Numbered from the stretch's first letter, positions 39,157 to 53,820 are shown. The stretch: DNA of 64,000 nucleotides from Octopus sinensis (GCF_006345805.1 NC_043008.1:22258001-22322000); one strand, 5' to 3'. Notes: generated by a model from the sequence alone, not told the origin. Numbers and translations: made by a program.

Positions 39157-39746
39157 AAAATGCCCTGATGCAATACCAGGCAGAGGCTCTCATGGCTTCT
39201 GATCTTCACTGATTGGAAGTGCTATAATGTACATTGTTTTGTTTTGGTATAAATGATGGGCTACAGCAAATATTCTGCTCAATACCACAGATTTGCTTGT
39301 CTGTTGTTTGACCTTAACCAATTGACCAGGTCCCTTAGTGGCTGACGATATGTGCATTCTTGATCACGAGCAGAAGTAGAGGGGGAGCATCATAGCCATG
39401 TGTTGAGAGGGATTCTTTGGGGTTTGAATAATTCACCTCTAGAAATATGGGTGATTCGTTCAACATCCTTAAACAACCCTTATTCAGGGACCTTTTGAGC
39501 AGGATGGGCTACTCGACCAGAAGAAAATTCTAACTGGGACCCGCCTGCAAGGTCATGTGTTGTTTATCTTGATATGAGATCACCATGTCACACACATATG
39601 GTTGTGATGCATGTACCTAGTGTAACCTTATCAGACGGGTAGTCATGATGGTTATACTGGGCTTCATATATTTTTACCCTGGTGTAACTTTGATAGCATA
39701 CACTGCTGTCTCACTGAATAGTCATGATAATAATAATAATAATAAT
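39157..39746 (+). mobile_element. Non-coding interspersed element bounded by (TAA)n on both sides
   Basis: Starts after a TAA run and ends ..CTGCTGTCTCACT followed by (TAA)n; a 5'-truncated copy with the same 3' end lies at 48408-48602. Confidence 0.7.
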
Positions 39747-39975
39747 TTTTTATTTCTTTTCCACCTACAAGGGGCTAAACACAGAGTGGACAAACAAGGA
39801 CAGACAAATGGATTAAGTCGATTATATCGACCCCAGTGCATAACTAGTACTTAATTTATTGACCCCGGAAGGATGAAAGGCAAAGTCGACCTCGGCGGAA
39901 TTTGAACTCAGAACATAGCGGCACATGAAATATCACTAAGCATTACGCCCGGCACGCTAACGTTTCTGCCAGCTC

Positions 39976-40009
<34 letters not shown>

Positions 40010-40403
40010 TAATAATAATTATAGATGAAGCACCAACCTCTCATGCCGAAGAGCAATATTTTCTCTCTCTATTGATTCAATTATCTGTGATTGTACAAAC
40101 TGTGTTTACTAAACACAATACGAATGTAATGCAAACAGAAATGAAAGTAAGAAAGTCAATGATTTGCTCAACCTTTCTATTGTCAATTGATTCATTCCAG
40201 AAATATAGAAATATTATAATTAGATCTTCGTTTATAAATAATTCCAATATTAATTAATAAGTAAATAAGAGAACATAATCAGATGAAGTGGACTCTGGTG
40301 GTGACCCCTGTAAAAGGATCCATCGACACTATGCCAATTTGATAACAATGTTAACGATGAAAAATCAGTAGCAATTGAAATTCAAGATTAATTATATTTA
40401 ATT

Positions 40404-40705
40404 GTGGAGGTACATGGCATAGTGGTTAGAGCAGCGGACTCGAGGTCGAGTGATTGCAGGTTCGAATCTCAGGCCAGGCGATGTGTGTGTTTATGAGCGA
40501 AACACCTAAGATCCACGCGGCTCCAGCAGGAGGTAATGGTGAACTTCTGCTGACTCTTTCGCCACAACTTTCTCTTACTCTTTCCTCCTGCATCTTGCAG
40601 CTCACCTGTGACAGACCGGTGTCCCACCCTGGTGGGAAACCTATACCCCAAGGAAGCCGGGAAACCGGCCCTTATGAGCCAAGCGTGGCTCAAGAAGGAA
40701 CAAAC
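40404..40705 (+). mobile_element. tRNA(Arg-like)-derived SINE
   Basis: GGCATAGTGGTTAGAGCAGCGGACTCG..GGTTCGAATCTC head; family of 31090-31425. Confidence 0.85.
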
Positions 40706-41299
40706 AACAACATATATTTGATTAATCTTCAGACCAATAATAATACTTATCTTACTTTCATTCTGAGATCAAATTCCGCTGAGGTCAACTTTGCCTTTCA
40801 TCCTTTTGGGGTTGATAAATTAAGTACCAGTTACATACTGGGGTTGATCTAATCAATTGGCCTCCCTCCCCAAAAATTTCGGGCCTTGTGCCTAGAGTAG
40901 AAAAGAATATTTATCTTTACCTTTTTAAAATAAATATTTGTCTCCTTGCAGATATATAATGGGGTAGGTAAAGTCTTAATCTTTTACTTTTTCATTCATT
41001 GAATTGTAGATGTTGCCATGCTGGAGCAGCACCTTGAAGGAATTTGGTCAAATAGATTGACCCCAGGACTTATTTTTTAAAATCTGATACTTATTCTATG
41101 TCTCCTTTGCCAAACTGCTAAGTTTTGGTGACATGTGACATAAAGAAACCAACAATGGTTGTCAAGCGATGAAGTGGGGGACAAACAAGGACACAAGGTG
41201 TGCACACACACACATAATATATGCCCCCAGCATGACCATAGTTCAATGACCAATACAGGTAAAAGCTAAAAGATATTTATGTCTCACAAGGAGGTAAGG

Positions 41300-41590
41300 A
41301 GCGCCCCTTAGCATTGATTGGATTTGGTTGATGGAGGAAGCAGGTTAAGGAGGGGGGTCGTCATTTTTGAGAAAGCACGTATTCTGCATGAAGAACTTAA
41401 GTGTGCTGCTCGAAAGTACACTGCTGGTGTAGTGAATGGGGAAAGCTTGGTTTGCAATATTTGCAGTCATGTATGCTTGTCAAGAGCAGGGCTCAGTAGA
41501 CACCAATGGAGCCGCAAATGCAAAATATTAGTCCTAGAGCACTCAATGTTCCTGAAGGTCAGCAATGGTCTTGCTCAGTCACGAGTGGAT
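41300..41590 (+). mobile_element. RTE-clade LINE C-terminal fragment with C2H2-like finger
   Basis: RRGVVIFEKARILHEELKCAARK..CNICSHVCLSRAGLSRHQ, followed by an (ATC)n tract. Confidence 0.65.
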
Positions 41591-41605
41591 GACCATCATA
41601 TATAT

Positions 41606-41638
<33 letters not shown>

Positions 41639-43703
41639 GTTTAACATCCGCTTTCCATGTTAGCATGGGTTGGACGGTTCAACTGGGATCTGGGATGCCA
41701 GAAGGCTGCACCAGGCTCAGTCTGATCTGGCAGTGTTTCTACAGCTGGATGCCCTTCCTGACACCAACCACTCCGTGAGTGTAATGGGTGCTTTTTACGT
41801 GCCACCAGCACAGGTGCCAGACAAGGCTGGCAAACGGCCACGATCGGATGGTACTTTTTTATGTGCCACCGGCACGGAGACCAGACGAAGCTGGCAACGG
41901 CCACAGTCGGATGGTGCTTTTATGTGCCACTGGCACGGAAGCCAGTCAGGGCGTGTGTGTGTGTGTGTGTGTATATCATCATCGTCATTATTTAATACAT
42001 GTATGTCTATGTCTGTCTGTGTGTCTGTGTATATTGCATATGTCTGTGTAGATATATATATAATTATTAAGTTGGAAAATGGAGATTCAATAGATACAAA
42101 TTAATTTATTAATTAACATCTTGGATGTGAAATTAAACAATTGTAGATGAAGATGTTAATTAATAAATTAATTTATATCCATTGGATCTCTCCATTTTCA
42201 AACTTAATTATAATATTTGATATTTTATGATATTTTATATAATATATTCATTGAAGAAATATCTCTTCAAAATACAATATATTAAGCCAGTATATCTTGG
42301 ATAAAAATATCACGATAAGAGGTCTAAATATCTTCATAGTGATTATATACACACACACACAAACACACACACCCAAGAGGCTTCTTTCAGTTTCCATCTT
42401 TCCATCTACCAAATCCAATCAATGCTAAGAGGCACGCCTTACCTCCTTGTGAGCCATAAATATCCCTTGCCAAGTATTAACCCACTATTTCAATATCCTC
42501 TTCCAAGTTTAAAACTGAACATGTCAATGATTTTGCTGGTGATCTGTAACCCTGGGTAGGATGGTATATATAACCATATAACCAGGTATTGTCAGCCAGA
42601 AGCACTGAGCCTGAGACTCTCACATACTCATCATTCCCAGAAACAACTCTTTTTAATTTTGGCACAAGGCCATCAATTTTGAGGGAAGTGGGGAAGTCCT
42701 TACATCAACTCCAGTCCTCAACTGGTATTTATTTTATCAACCCTGGAAGGATAAAAGGTAAAGTCGACCGTGGCAGAATTTGAACACATGATGTTAAGAA
42801 CTAGAAGAAATTTTACCAACTGGCCATCTTCACTCAACAGAAGTAATGACTGAAGTCACTAATCACAACTAATACTTGTCAACCATGTTATTAAAGATTC
42901 ATCGTTAATTTCTTAAGTGTGAAGCAGAAGTCATTGACATTGCAGATGATGTCTCGGATGTCATTTACGCTGATCATCATCATCATCATCATCGTCATCA
43001 TCATCATCATCATCATCCTCATCGTTTAACGTCCACTTTCCATGCTAGCATGGTTGGACGATTTGACTGAGGTCTGGCAAGCCAGATGGCTTCACCAGGC
43101 TCCAATCTGATCTGGCTGAGTTTCTACAGCTGGATAACCTTCCTAACGCCAACCACTCCGAGAGTGTAGTGGATGCTTTTACATGCCACCGGCACGAGGG
43201 CCACTTAGGTGGTACTGGCAACGGCCATGCTCAAACGGTGCTTTTTATGTGCCACCTGCACAGGAGCCAGTCCAGCAGCACTGGCAACGATCTCGCTCGA
43301 ATGTTTTTTTCACATGCCACCAACACAAGTGCTAGTAAGGCGACACAGGTAATGATCACGCTCGAATGGTGTTTTTAACATGCCATCGGCACGGAAGCCA
43401 GCTGATGGTTGTGAATATGCATCATCATCATACAAACAGCATTGTTTATTTTTAATCTTCTACAGAGTAAAAGGTTTGGCCATGGGGAAATATTACCTTG
43501 CTAGGAAATGGGCGAGGATTAGTGACAGGAAGAGCACCCACCTGTAAAACAATCTGCCTCAAGAAATTCCATTTGACTCATGCAAGAATGGAAAAGTGGA
43601 CATTAAACGATGGTGATGATGATGGTGATGGTGATGGTGATGGCAATGTACACAGCATACATGCATATAAGCATTAGATATATGCAAATTAAGTGAAAAA
43701 GTG

Positions 43704-44045
43704 AAGGCATATGGCTCAGTGGTTAGAGCATCAGGCTTACAATCATGAGGTAGTGAGTTCGATTCCTGGACCAGGTTGTGTGTTGTGTTCTTGAGTAAGA
43801 GACTATTTCATGTTCCTCCAGTTCACTCAGCCGTAGAGATGAGTTGCGACATCACTGGTGATAAGCTGTATCAGTCTTTGCCTTTCCCTTGGATTGGATA
43901 ACACCAGTGGCATGGAGAAGGGAGACTGGTATGCATGGGTGACTACTGGTCTTCCACAAACAACCTTGCCCAGACTTGTGGCGCAGAGGGGAATTTTCTA
44001 GGCGCAATCCATTGGTCATTCATGGCCGAAGTGGGTGTTTAGCTT
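43704..44045 (+). mobile_element. tRNA-derived SINE (family of 8457)
   Basis: Collinear homology with 8457-8795. Confidence 0.85.
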
Positions 44046-44958
44046 AATGTGGAAAATAACATCAAGAGGCAGGGATCAGATGTCAAAGGACACAAAGAGC
44101 AACTCACGCCGCTTCGTCCCCACCACCCCATGCAATAAATCCCCCACCCACCCCGTCTCTTCTAAACCATCCTTGACCTGAACAGCTACATCAGGCACTG
44201 CACCCTTCACACCAATCAGGATGAAGAAGCTCAATCACCTGCTCACAGATTAACTACTTAGATGTTAGTTAATGCTGCCGATGATTACGAAATGCAGTTA
44301 TTCTTGTGAAAGTATATCATTAGATATGTTATACAAGTTATGAGTGCCTAATTCATCTATATGCGTTTATATAAATAAGTTATACAATTTGCTCTCTCTA
44401 CAGTTACGTAATTCAAGAGATATATCTACAGAGCTGACCATTAAGGAAAAACAAATGACAAAACCTAGCCTTCATATACTCATTAAATAAATTCTCATTT
44501 CTAGTGCATCAACCTTTACATATGTAACAACTAACAAACTACCCCATGTCATTAGTGATAACATCTTCCAGCACAGTCATCCAATTAGCTAACCGATTAA
44601 TGAACTACTACCAAATATTTCAATCAGACTACTGCTTTCGGCATTGCAGTAATTTTACTTGACTTCATTATATCTAATTGCTGTTACTTACAAATGAAGA
44701 TAAATCTCTATATTCAACTTTTAGTTTGCCAACTTGAAAGTAAGAAGGCTCTTTGTCTCCCCTATTCATCTTGGCACTATCATAAGACTTTGCCAAGCTC
44801 ATCTCTCTGTTTTAGCATGGTTTCTATGCCTGGATGCCCTTCCTAATACCAACATCTTTACAGAATAGACTGGGGGATTTTTACTGTGGCACCAGCAGCA
44901 GTGAGGTTACACAATAATTTACAAGACCAAACCCATTAGCAGAATGGGAGAGTTGTAA

Positions 44959-45039
<81 letters not shown>

Positions 45040-45067
45040 GTCATCCATCTATCTACTACCTACCTAC

Positions 45068-45148
<81 letters not shown>

Positions 45149-45241
45149 CATCTATCCATCTATCTGTCTATCCTGAGCGTCCAATAACACTATACTTGTT
45201 CCACATCCCCACATTGTTGTGTTTTCATGTTGGATTAACTT

Positions 45242-45277
<36 letters not shown>

Positions 45278-45534
45278 AATGCACTTTTGCACAATGCAGT
45301 GAGAATGAATTTTGAGTAACCATTAGCTTAATTTACTTTAAGGTATGGATGACTTAAGTTTACTTTAACCTCCCCATTCTTATAAAACCAAGTAAATAAC
45401 TAACTTGCTTTGTGATCATAAGTGCACAAACCTCACATGTCCGTATGCTCACATTTTTGCAGATGCTTGTATGGGCGAGTGTACTCACACCATGCAGCTT
45501 GCCCAAGGGTGTTTATACATCCATATCTGTTACT

Positions 45535-45950
45535 CTCTCTTTTCTCTTTTTACTTGTTTCAGTCATTTGACTGCGGCCATGCTGCAGCACCACCTTTAGT
45601 CGAGAAAATCGACCCCGGGACTTATTCTTTGTAAGCCCAGTACTTATTCTATCGGTCTCTTTGTGCCAAACCGCTAAGTGACGGGGACGTAAACACACCA
45701 GCATCGGTTGTCAAGCGATGGTGGGGCAACACAGATACACAAACATATACACACACATAGATATATATATATATATATATTATATATATACGAACAGGCT
45801 TCTTTCAGTTCAGTTCCTACCAAATCCACTCACAAGGCATGTCGGCCCGAGCTATAGCAGAAGACACTTGCCCAAGATGTCACGCTGTGGACTGAACCCG
45901 GAACCATGTGTGGTAAGCAAGCTACTTACCACACAGCCACTCCTGCGCCT
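45535..45950 (-). mobile_element. tRNA-derived SINE (family of 6679), well-preserved copy
   Basis: Minus-strand head GTGGCTGTGTGGTAAGTAGCTTGC..GGTTCCGGGTTCAGTCC. Confidence 0.85.
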
Positions 45951-46489
45951 ATATGTTAACGGATATTTTTAATACTTTTCTCACTGGATTGCATGTTCGT
46001 GTCTCTTTTTGCTATCACTGATTTCATTTTTGATCTTCTGTATAAATGAAGACTTTTCCTCCATCTGACTGCTTTTCTCTCTACAAAATGGAAAGTTACA
46101 TTGCGGAACAGTCATTTTAATGAATTGTATTTATTTATCACCGGATGAGATACATCTGCACCACTGGATACTCCTGAATCAGTTGTTGAGTGTCCCACCC
46201 AAAAGGAATCAATGCTAGATGTGTTGAAACTATTTTTGTGGTTAACAATAAGTTCTCATATATTCCATCTTGTATCTTTCGTTTACTATATATATATACA
46301 TATATATATATATATACACACACATATACACATGTTTGTGTCTATATATAGATATAAGAATCAAACGTTGCACAAAAGGATGACAAAGGAACACATATAA
46401 TAGACATGGACATGCTCATCTGCCATCAGTTATCCAAAAATCTCTCAATTCCACACCATTATCGATACATCATCATCATCGTCGTTTGG

Positions 46490-46521
<32 letters not shown>

Positions 46522-46556
46522 TATATATTCATCATCATCATCATCATCATCGTTAT

Positions 46557-46613
<57 letters not shown>

Positions 46614-46655
46614 ATTATATATATATATATATACACATATATACATATATATATG

Positions 46656-46701
<46 letters not shown>

Positions 46702-46994
46702 CACACACAAACATACACAGAAGAGAGAAGAGAGAGAGGGAGCGAAAGAGAAATAGATAGATAGATAGTTAGATAGATAGATAGATAGATAGATAGATGG
46801 ATAGATAGATAGATAGATGTGTGTGTGTGTGTGTGTGTGTATGGAATATAGTGGGAGTACCCACTGTCATCACAACTATGACCAGTACCAGTTCTTCAAT
46901 CACTCAGTCACATCAATATTCATTTACAGTAATTGAAATCATAATTAGATCTTGTGATCTAGAAATAGCATACCAAAATTTCTTTCCATTTATT

Positions 46995-47033
<39 letters not shown>

Positions 47034-47159
47034 TTTTATTTTCCTATCAAAACATAACGAACATTTTGCATGTAGAAAGGTGTCAATGACCACAATCTAC
47101 ATTCAAACCAATTAAAGCTGAAATGGAAACTGTAAATAATTTCAAATATAAAGTAATCG

Positions 47160-47880
47160 GGCAAAAGTCGCAAGCCGGCAGAATGGTTAGCATACTGGGA
47201 AAAGTGCTCAGTGGAATTCCATCTGTCTTTACCTCCTGAGTTCAAATTCCACCAATGTCACCTTTGCCTTTCATCCTTTCTAGGTCAGTAAAGTAAGTAC
47301 CAGTAGAACACTGGGGTTGATGTTATTGTTTGAGCCCATTCCCCCGAAATTACTGGCCTTGTGACAAAAAATTTGAAACCAAAGACGGTAAGCTGGCAGA
47401 ATTGTTAGCATACCAGGCGAAATGCTTAGCAGCATTTTGTCTGTCCTTATGTTCTGAGTTCAAATTCTGCCACGGTCGACTTTGCTTTTCATCCTTTCAG
47501 AGTCGATTGAATAAGTACCAGTTACAAACTGGGATTGATGTAATCGACTTAATTTCTTCCCTTAAATTTGAGGCCTTGTGCTTCCAGTAAAAACGATGAT
47601 TATTATCAATACAGTTATGATTACTATTATTATTATTATTAATTGGTGAGCTGGTAGAGCCGTGAGCACGCTGAACAAAATGCTTGATGGCATTTCGTCT
47701 GAATTTACAATCTGAGTTCAAATCCCACCAGGGTTAACTTCGCTTTCCATCCGTTACAGAATTGATAAAATAAATACCTGCTGAGCTATGGGGATCGATT
47801 TAATCATCTTACCCCCTCTCTCAATATTTGCTGGCCTTGAGCCAAAATTTGAAACCAAATAAAATGTAATCCAGTCAAAT
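47160..47880 (+). mobile_element. Cluster of about four head-to-tail OK-type SINE copies
   Basis: Repeated GCTGGCAGAA / TCTGAGTTCAAAT / AAGTACCAG / TTTGAAACCAA modules. Confidence 0.75.
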
Positions 47881-48407
47881 GCAGAAGCAGTATGATTTCA
47901 GCCAATAACCATCCTTCTGTTGTTGTCTGCTAAATTTCAGTCAATTATCCAATTTCATATATTTATCATTCCATTGATTATCATTGATTAGCAGACTGTC
48001 ATAAAAGCTTTTGCTGAAATTAAACTATGTTTAAGTATGTAGACTATGTAGACATCTCTCTCACCCCACCTTTCTCTCACCCTTCTCTCTCTCTCCCTCT
48101 CATTCACTCTTTCTCTCTCACTAAGTACACACACACACACATGCACACACACACATATATATACACATAAGTGTGTGAGTGGAGTGTGACAGATGGTTAG
48201 AGATGGAAGGTAGAAGTCAATGTAGTGAGGGGTGGACATGGATGGAGATGTGGTTGATGATAAATATAAGTATGGAAGGGGGAATGTGCAAGAGATAGAA
48301 GTGACTCAAGAAGACCTACATACATATACTTATATGCATGTATATATATATATACACGCACATTTACATATGTATGCATATATGTATATATCTACATATA
48401 TATATAT

Positions 48408-48602
48408 ATATGAGATCACCATGTCATGAACATATGGTTATGATGCATGTGCCTGGTGTACCCTAATCAGATGGGTAGTCTTGATGGGTATACTGGGCTT
48501 CATATATTTTACCCCAGTGTCACTTTCATCACACGCACTGCTCTCTCACTCAGCAACAACAACAACAACAACAATAATAATAATTATAATAATAATAATA
48601 AT
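48408..48602 (+). mobile_element. 5'-truncated copy of the 39157 element with (CAA)(TAA)n tail
   Basis: GAGATCACCATGTC..GGGTAGTC..ACTGGGCTTCATATATTTT..CTGCTCTCTCACTCA matches ~39575-39717. Confidence 0.8.
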
Positions 48603-49770
48603 GAATATTGTCTATGTAATTCCCAAAACTTCTTAATCTGTGAACATTATCAAAAGTACTTTTAAATGTTAGAGCAAGCAAATACTTTTTACTGCCATCT
48701 TATGATCACACTAGCATCTTATCATCGAATTACTTTTAAAACAATCTTTCGATTTTCCTATGATTTGACAGATGCTCACTAGAACAATACTCTGTGCAAA
48801 AACCAAAAATATGGTACCCAAGTCTCTGGGTGAGGCTTGGAGTCAACTTGTACAAACACAAAGCAAAACTCAAACATAATTATAATGTAATATAAAACTT
48901 ACAGTTTGTTGGTAATTTTGATTGAAATATATTTTATTGTTTGTAAGTAATTCTGTTGATATTTCTTTATCATATTAGTTCTCTTCTGGAAACTTCTCTC
49001 TCTTAAGAGAATATAGCCACATATCTTACTCCATACACACACAAAAAAAAAATGTGATTTTAATAATATTTTCGGAACAGATGAGAAGAGTTCATTCCTA
49101 ATCTTATCATAATATCTCATCTAGAATTAGAAAGGATTAGAGATACACATTCAGTCTAAAATAAAAACATATCAACAAAGGTGAATGAAAAATGTGCATT
49201 GAAGCTCATAGAATAAATGGTAAAATAGGAATTGGAATTGAAAGGAAATGGTGAGTAAAAGAGAAAGAATATTTTCTTTAAAACTTAACATGCTATGAAA
49301 ATGGCTATGAAGATATTCCATTTGCTATTTGAATCAAAGAATAGTGTGCATTAATGAGCTTTTTATTTCCAAGAAAAATCCTCACTTTAGGAACGAATTT
49401 AGTCTCTATTGCTGCCATTTACCTAATTCTTATTAATATTAATCTTTCAACTTGCACATAAAATCCTAACATCTGATAAGAGTACTACTTTAATGTTCCA
49501 ACAATTATTATATTCTTATTCTTTATGGTCATATTTTTCCTCCTAAAAGACAATAACTATTTCTTTTTCCTATAATATGTTTCTATTCTTCTTCTTAGAT
49601 TGTCCTATTTTCTGATTTAGTTAATCTCCTTTGATGTTTTCTACCTGTCTTCCTTAATTTTCCATTAATCTCCTTCTCTCTCACTGTCTCTGCCTCACTC
49701 ATATGCTCATATGCATACTTACTCATACTTACTTTACATTATTATATATATTTATATATATATATATATG

Positions 49771-49801
<31 letters not shown>

Positions 49802-49959
49802 GATATATATATTATATATATATATATTATATATATAATGGACTCTTCTTTTGAAGAAGATGTATGAGCTTTCAACTTTTGCCGAATGATCTGCGCAAAT
49901 GATTTGTTTATAGCGATCAAATGTTCGTGTCACATATTAGCTCACTCTCTCTCCATCAA

Positions 49960-50135
49960 ATCGACATTGTCGGAACAGCTGCACGATGTGCCACGCATCA
50001 GGAGTTGAAGTGATTGCAGAGCAATGTGAAATGGTATGTTTTGCTCAAGATCAAAATACACCACCCGGTCTAGGAACTGAAATCACAATTGCTAGATCAT
50101 GAATACAATGCCCTAACCACTAAGCCAAGCACCCA
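49960..50135 (-). mobile_element. Degenerate tRNA-derived SINE
   Basis: Minus-strand GGCTTAGTGGTTAGGGCA head and CTTGAGCAAAAC core. Confidence 0.65.
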
Positions 50136-50149
50136 TATGTATGTATATT

Positions 50150-50545
50150 TGTTGTTATTGGCATCCTTTTGTCTCGGGAGACAATGGAGCTGCACATAAA
50201 CTAATCCAGTCTGGTTTTTACATTTCGTTTCCTCTCCAGTTTTGTGCAGGCCTGGGCTAGATGTAAGAAAATCCTGGGTAGCCCAATCGTCAGGATTCCT
50301 CTCTCAACCTTGCTGACGTAGTCCAAAGGAGTGCAGAGCATTACGTTTGGCACCAGCTTGGTTGCAAGAGCTGCCGGAAGAGTGTCAAGTCAAGAACTAA
50401 ACCACCTACGGGGCTCCACTCCGGATTTCTTTGAAGATTGTCTCCTTTTTGCAACCCTAGATAGGGGCCGATACCAGGTACTGTCAGCCAGAGCCTGCTG
50501 AGACAAGGACTCCTGTCAGGCAGGGTCGTCACTCCCTGAAGTAGT
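50150..50545 (-). mobile_element. Probable RTE LINE 5' region fragment
   Basis: TACGTTTGGCACCAGCTTGGTTGC..GCCGGAAG..CTCCACTCCGGATTT resembles the reverse complement of recalled RTE 5' regions; recall only. Confidence 0.4.
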
Positions 50546-50574
50546 GAAGAAAATCACTACCCACTACCTATATA

Positions 50575-50605
<31 letters not shown>

Positions 50606-50902
50606 GCTCTTAACTCAATCCCCTACTTGTTTCATTTCATCCTCTTCACACCAACCACAAACCAGATGTGTCTATTCACTTCCAACAGTAGAGAGCAGTC
50701 ACCATATTTCATTCCATATCAGCTAACTCTAATGAACACAGGGTTACATAATTGGACTGTTACTCAACACTATTGAATCCCTAGTGAAACCAGTTTGTAA
50801 GATCAGCCATAATGGATACATAATACTGTACACTTCAGATAATATTGGCTGCAGTCAAACGACTGAAACAAATAAACGATTAAAAGAATATATATATATA
50901 TA

Positions 50903-51210
50903 TACTAGCAGTATCGCCCGGCGTTGCTCGGGTTTGTAAGGGAAATAACTATATAAGCATTTTTAGAGAGTTACTTTCTTTATATAAACCGAGCAAAAAA
51001 TGCATTAAAAATGCGGAAAAATGATGGTAAATTTTCTTTTAAATCATAGACTCATCGTAGACACGCGCTAATACCCAGAAGGGCTCGATATGAATCATGA
51101 CTATAAGATAACTGCTTTTGGTTAAACTGCACCACAAAATGTAGGAGTAGTTAGGAATCTAAATCGGAGTAGACAGACACACACACAACTTCAGTTTTAT
51201 ATATAAAGAT
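50903..51210 (+). mobile_element. Non-autonomous Helentron/DINE-1-like element
   Basis: 5' TACTAGCAGTATCGCCCGGCGTTGCTCGGG; subterminal (GACA)/(CA) microsatellite; 3' ACAACTTCAGTTTTATATATAAAGAT. Confidence 0.6.
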
Positions 51211-52714
51211 ATCTTAATGTTTGTTTATACATCAAGTTATATATAAAAATAATTTAACATTAAACTGAAGATTTGCATGATACGTTTTGGTAGGTTATAT
51301 ATTTATTAAACTTTTACAAGAATTGGAGTAACTGTAGCTTTGATGTTTCAGCCTGCTACCCCTCATCAGACTCTACTACACTTGGGTTCCTTCTGGCTTT
51401 ATTTAATCTTTGGAAAGTTGCTCTTCTTGGGTAGGTGCTGCTACATTAAATGTTTACTAGGCTTGTTGTATGTAAGTCTGAGCAGTAAATATGCAGGAAT
51501 CAGATCCATGAAAAATAAAAGTAAAGTATGTTTGTAGGGTGTAGATTGACAGAATGGTATTGTTGGGAGATTTTGTTTGGTTTGAAGTAGGAATGATGTT
51601 ATTGTTTAGGGTTCATTCATGCCTGGAAATAACTTTGTATACAGGTGTGTCCACTTTGGGTATATCAAATTTAGATCATGTGATTATTTATATAGAATGT
51701 AGGTATTTGTTGTGTTACCTAACTGTAATACGTTTCCCTCATCGACCACCACCACCACCACTACCACCACCCCTAATACCCTCACACTACCACCACAATC
51801 ACCACAATTTCAACTACCACTACCACCACCACCACCACAATCACTACAACTTCCACTGCCATCACCACCACAACTTCAACTACCACCACCACTGCCGCAA
51901 TCACCACAACTTCAACTACAACCACAACCACCATAACTTCAACTACCACCACCATCACCACCATCACAATCACCACAACTTCACATATTACTACCACCAC
52001 CACCACAACTTCAACTACCACCACCACCACCACAACTTCAACTACCGCCACCACCACCACCACAACCACCATATTTCACTACTATCATTCTTCTTAGCAA
52101 CCTTTAATTACCACAAAATTCATTAAATCAGTCAAGGATTGTTAAGTGTTAACTTTACAGTCTGGAGTTTTTCATTATTTCTGGAAAAAAGCTTTTCCTT
52201 GGTTTGTTCTTTCATTTTGTGTCCATTTTCCTTGGTTTAAGATTTTATATTTGCTTAGATATTATGTGGGTGAGTGCATGTGTTTGTGTAAGCATATAGA
52301 CGCATGTATGCTAATGTGCACAATATACACATGCAGGCATATATATATATACATGTGTGTGTGCCTGTATGTATGTATGTATGTAAGTATGTATGTGTGC
52401 ATATATGTATGCATGCATGTATGTATGTATGTAATGTATGTATTTAAAAATATATTTACAAGCATACATGTGTGTGGTATACATACATATATGTATATGT
52501 GTGTATATGTGTATATATATATATATACACATATACACACATATACATATATATATATATATACACATGCACACACACCTACATATATGTATAAATATAC
52601 AAAATATATATATATTTATTTATTTATGCGTACATATATATAATTAAAGAAACATACATACATACATATATATATATTACATATGTGTAATATATATATA
52701 TATTATATATATAT

Positions 52715-52760
<46 letters not shown>

Positions 52761-53767
52761 ATATATACATATACTACTACTACGTTTATGACTGAGTGTG
52801 TGAATGTGCCTATGTGTCTGTGACTGTGTGCAGAGAGAGATACATATACATATACACACGCACACATACACATTTCTTTTGCTATTCTGTTCTTTACCTT
52901 ACACTTTAGTCAATATTTAATCAAAGCACCAAAGACAAAAAACAAAAACAAAAAAATTTCGAAAAAAAGAAACAAAAAAGCAAAAATAGATAAATAAACC
53001 TTCCATGTAGAACATTGCACAAAGTTTGTAAGTGGCAGTGGAGAGTCTGGAAGTAGTAATCATGTTCCAGTTGCAACAATGGTAAACCGTTTCTCAAAGA
53101 ATTCTTCAAATAATTCATCTTTTATTATTTTCTTTTATGTATTTTTTATTTTTGTTTTCTTTTGTTTTTGCCTTCTTAATGCTCCATACTTCTGATTCCA
53201 TGCGATCGTTATTGTTCTAGCTGTTGTTGTTGTTGTCGTTATTCCAAAGATGTCCATGGCTGCACATTGGAGTTAGATGTAATATCACCGTGTAACAAAA
53301 CACAAGAGATTATCGCAGAGGAGGTGGGTGGTCGGGTTTGTTGTTATTGTTGTTGTTGTTGTAATTTTGTTGTGTGTACATTGTTGTTGCTGTTGTTGTT
53401 ATTGCTGTTGAGTAGATTCAATCAGCCTATTTTGATATTCTCAATGACCAGCAAGGCATCTATTGTAATACCAGTGATTGTCACAAATCACAACTATTAC
53501 ACTTAGTTTCACTTTCACTTTGACTGCAAAGCTGCAGCCTACTGCTGCTGCTGGCACTACTACTACTTCTACTACTACTACTATTACTCCTTCTCTTCTT
53601 CAACCTCCTCTTCTTCTCCTTCACCTCATCATTTTCTTGTACTCATTTGCTCTTTTATTTGTTTCGGTAACTTCTTACACTATTCTGATCTCACTCATAC
53701 TTTTGAGCTTTCTCTCTATCACCCACTCCATTTTTCTCTCTCTAGCTATCATGATGGCTTTGCATTA

Positions 53768-53820
<53 letters not shown>

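Noticed and set aside
40278-40335. CAGATGA..GGATCCATCGACAC as a hammerhead
   Set aside because: Both core boxes are mutated and helices I and III cannot be formed.
46140-46250. Possible small exons here, at 53010-53085 and at 60476-60540
   Set aside because: Short open frames with weak or one-sided splice signals, inconsistent strands and no recognisable homology.
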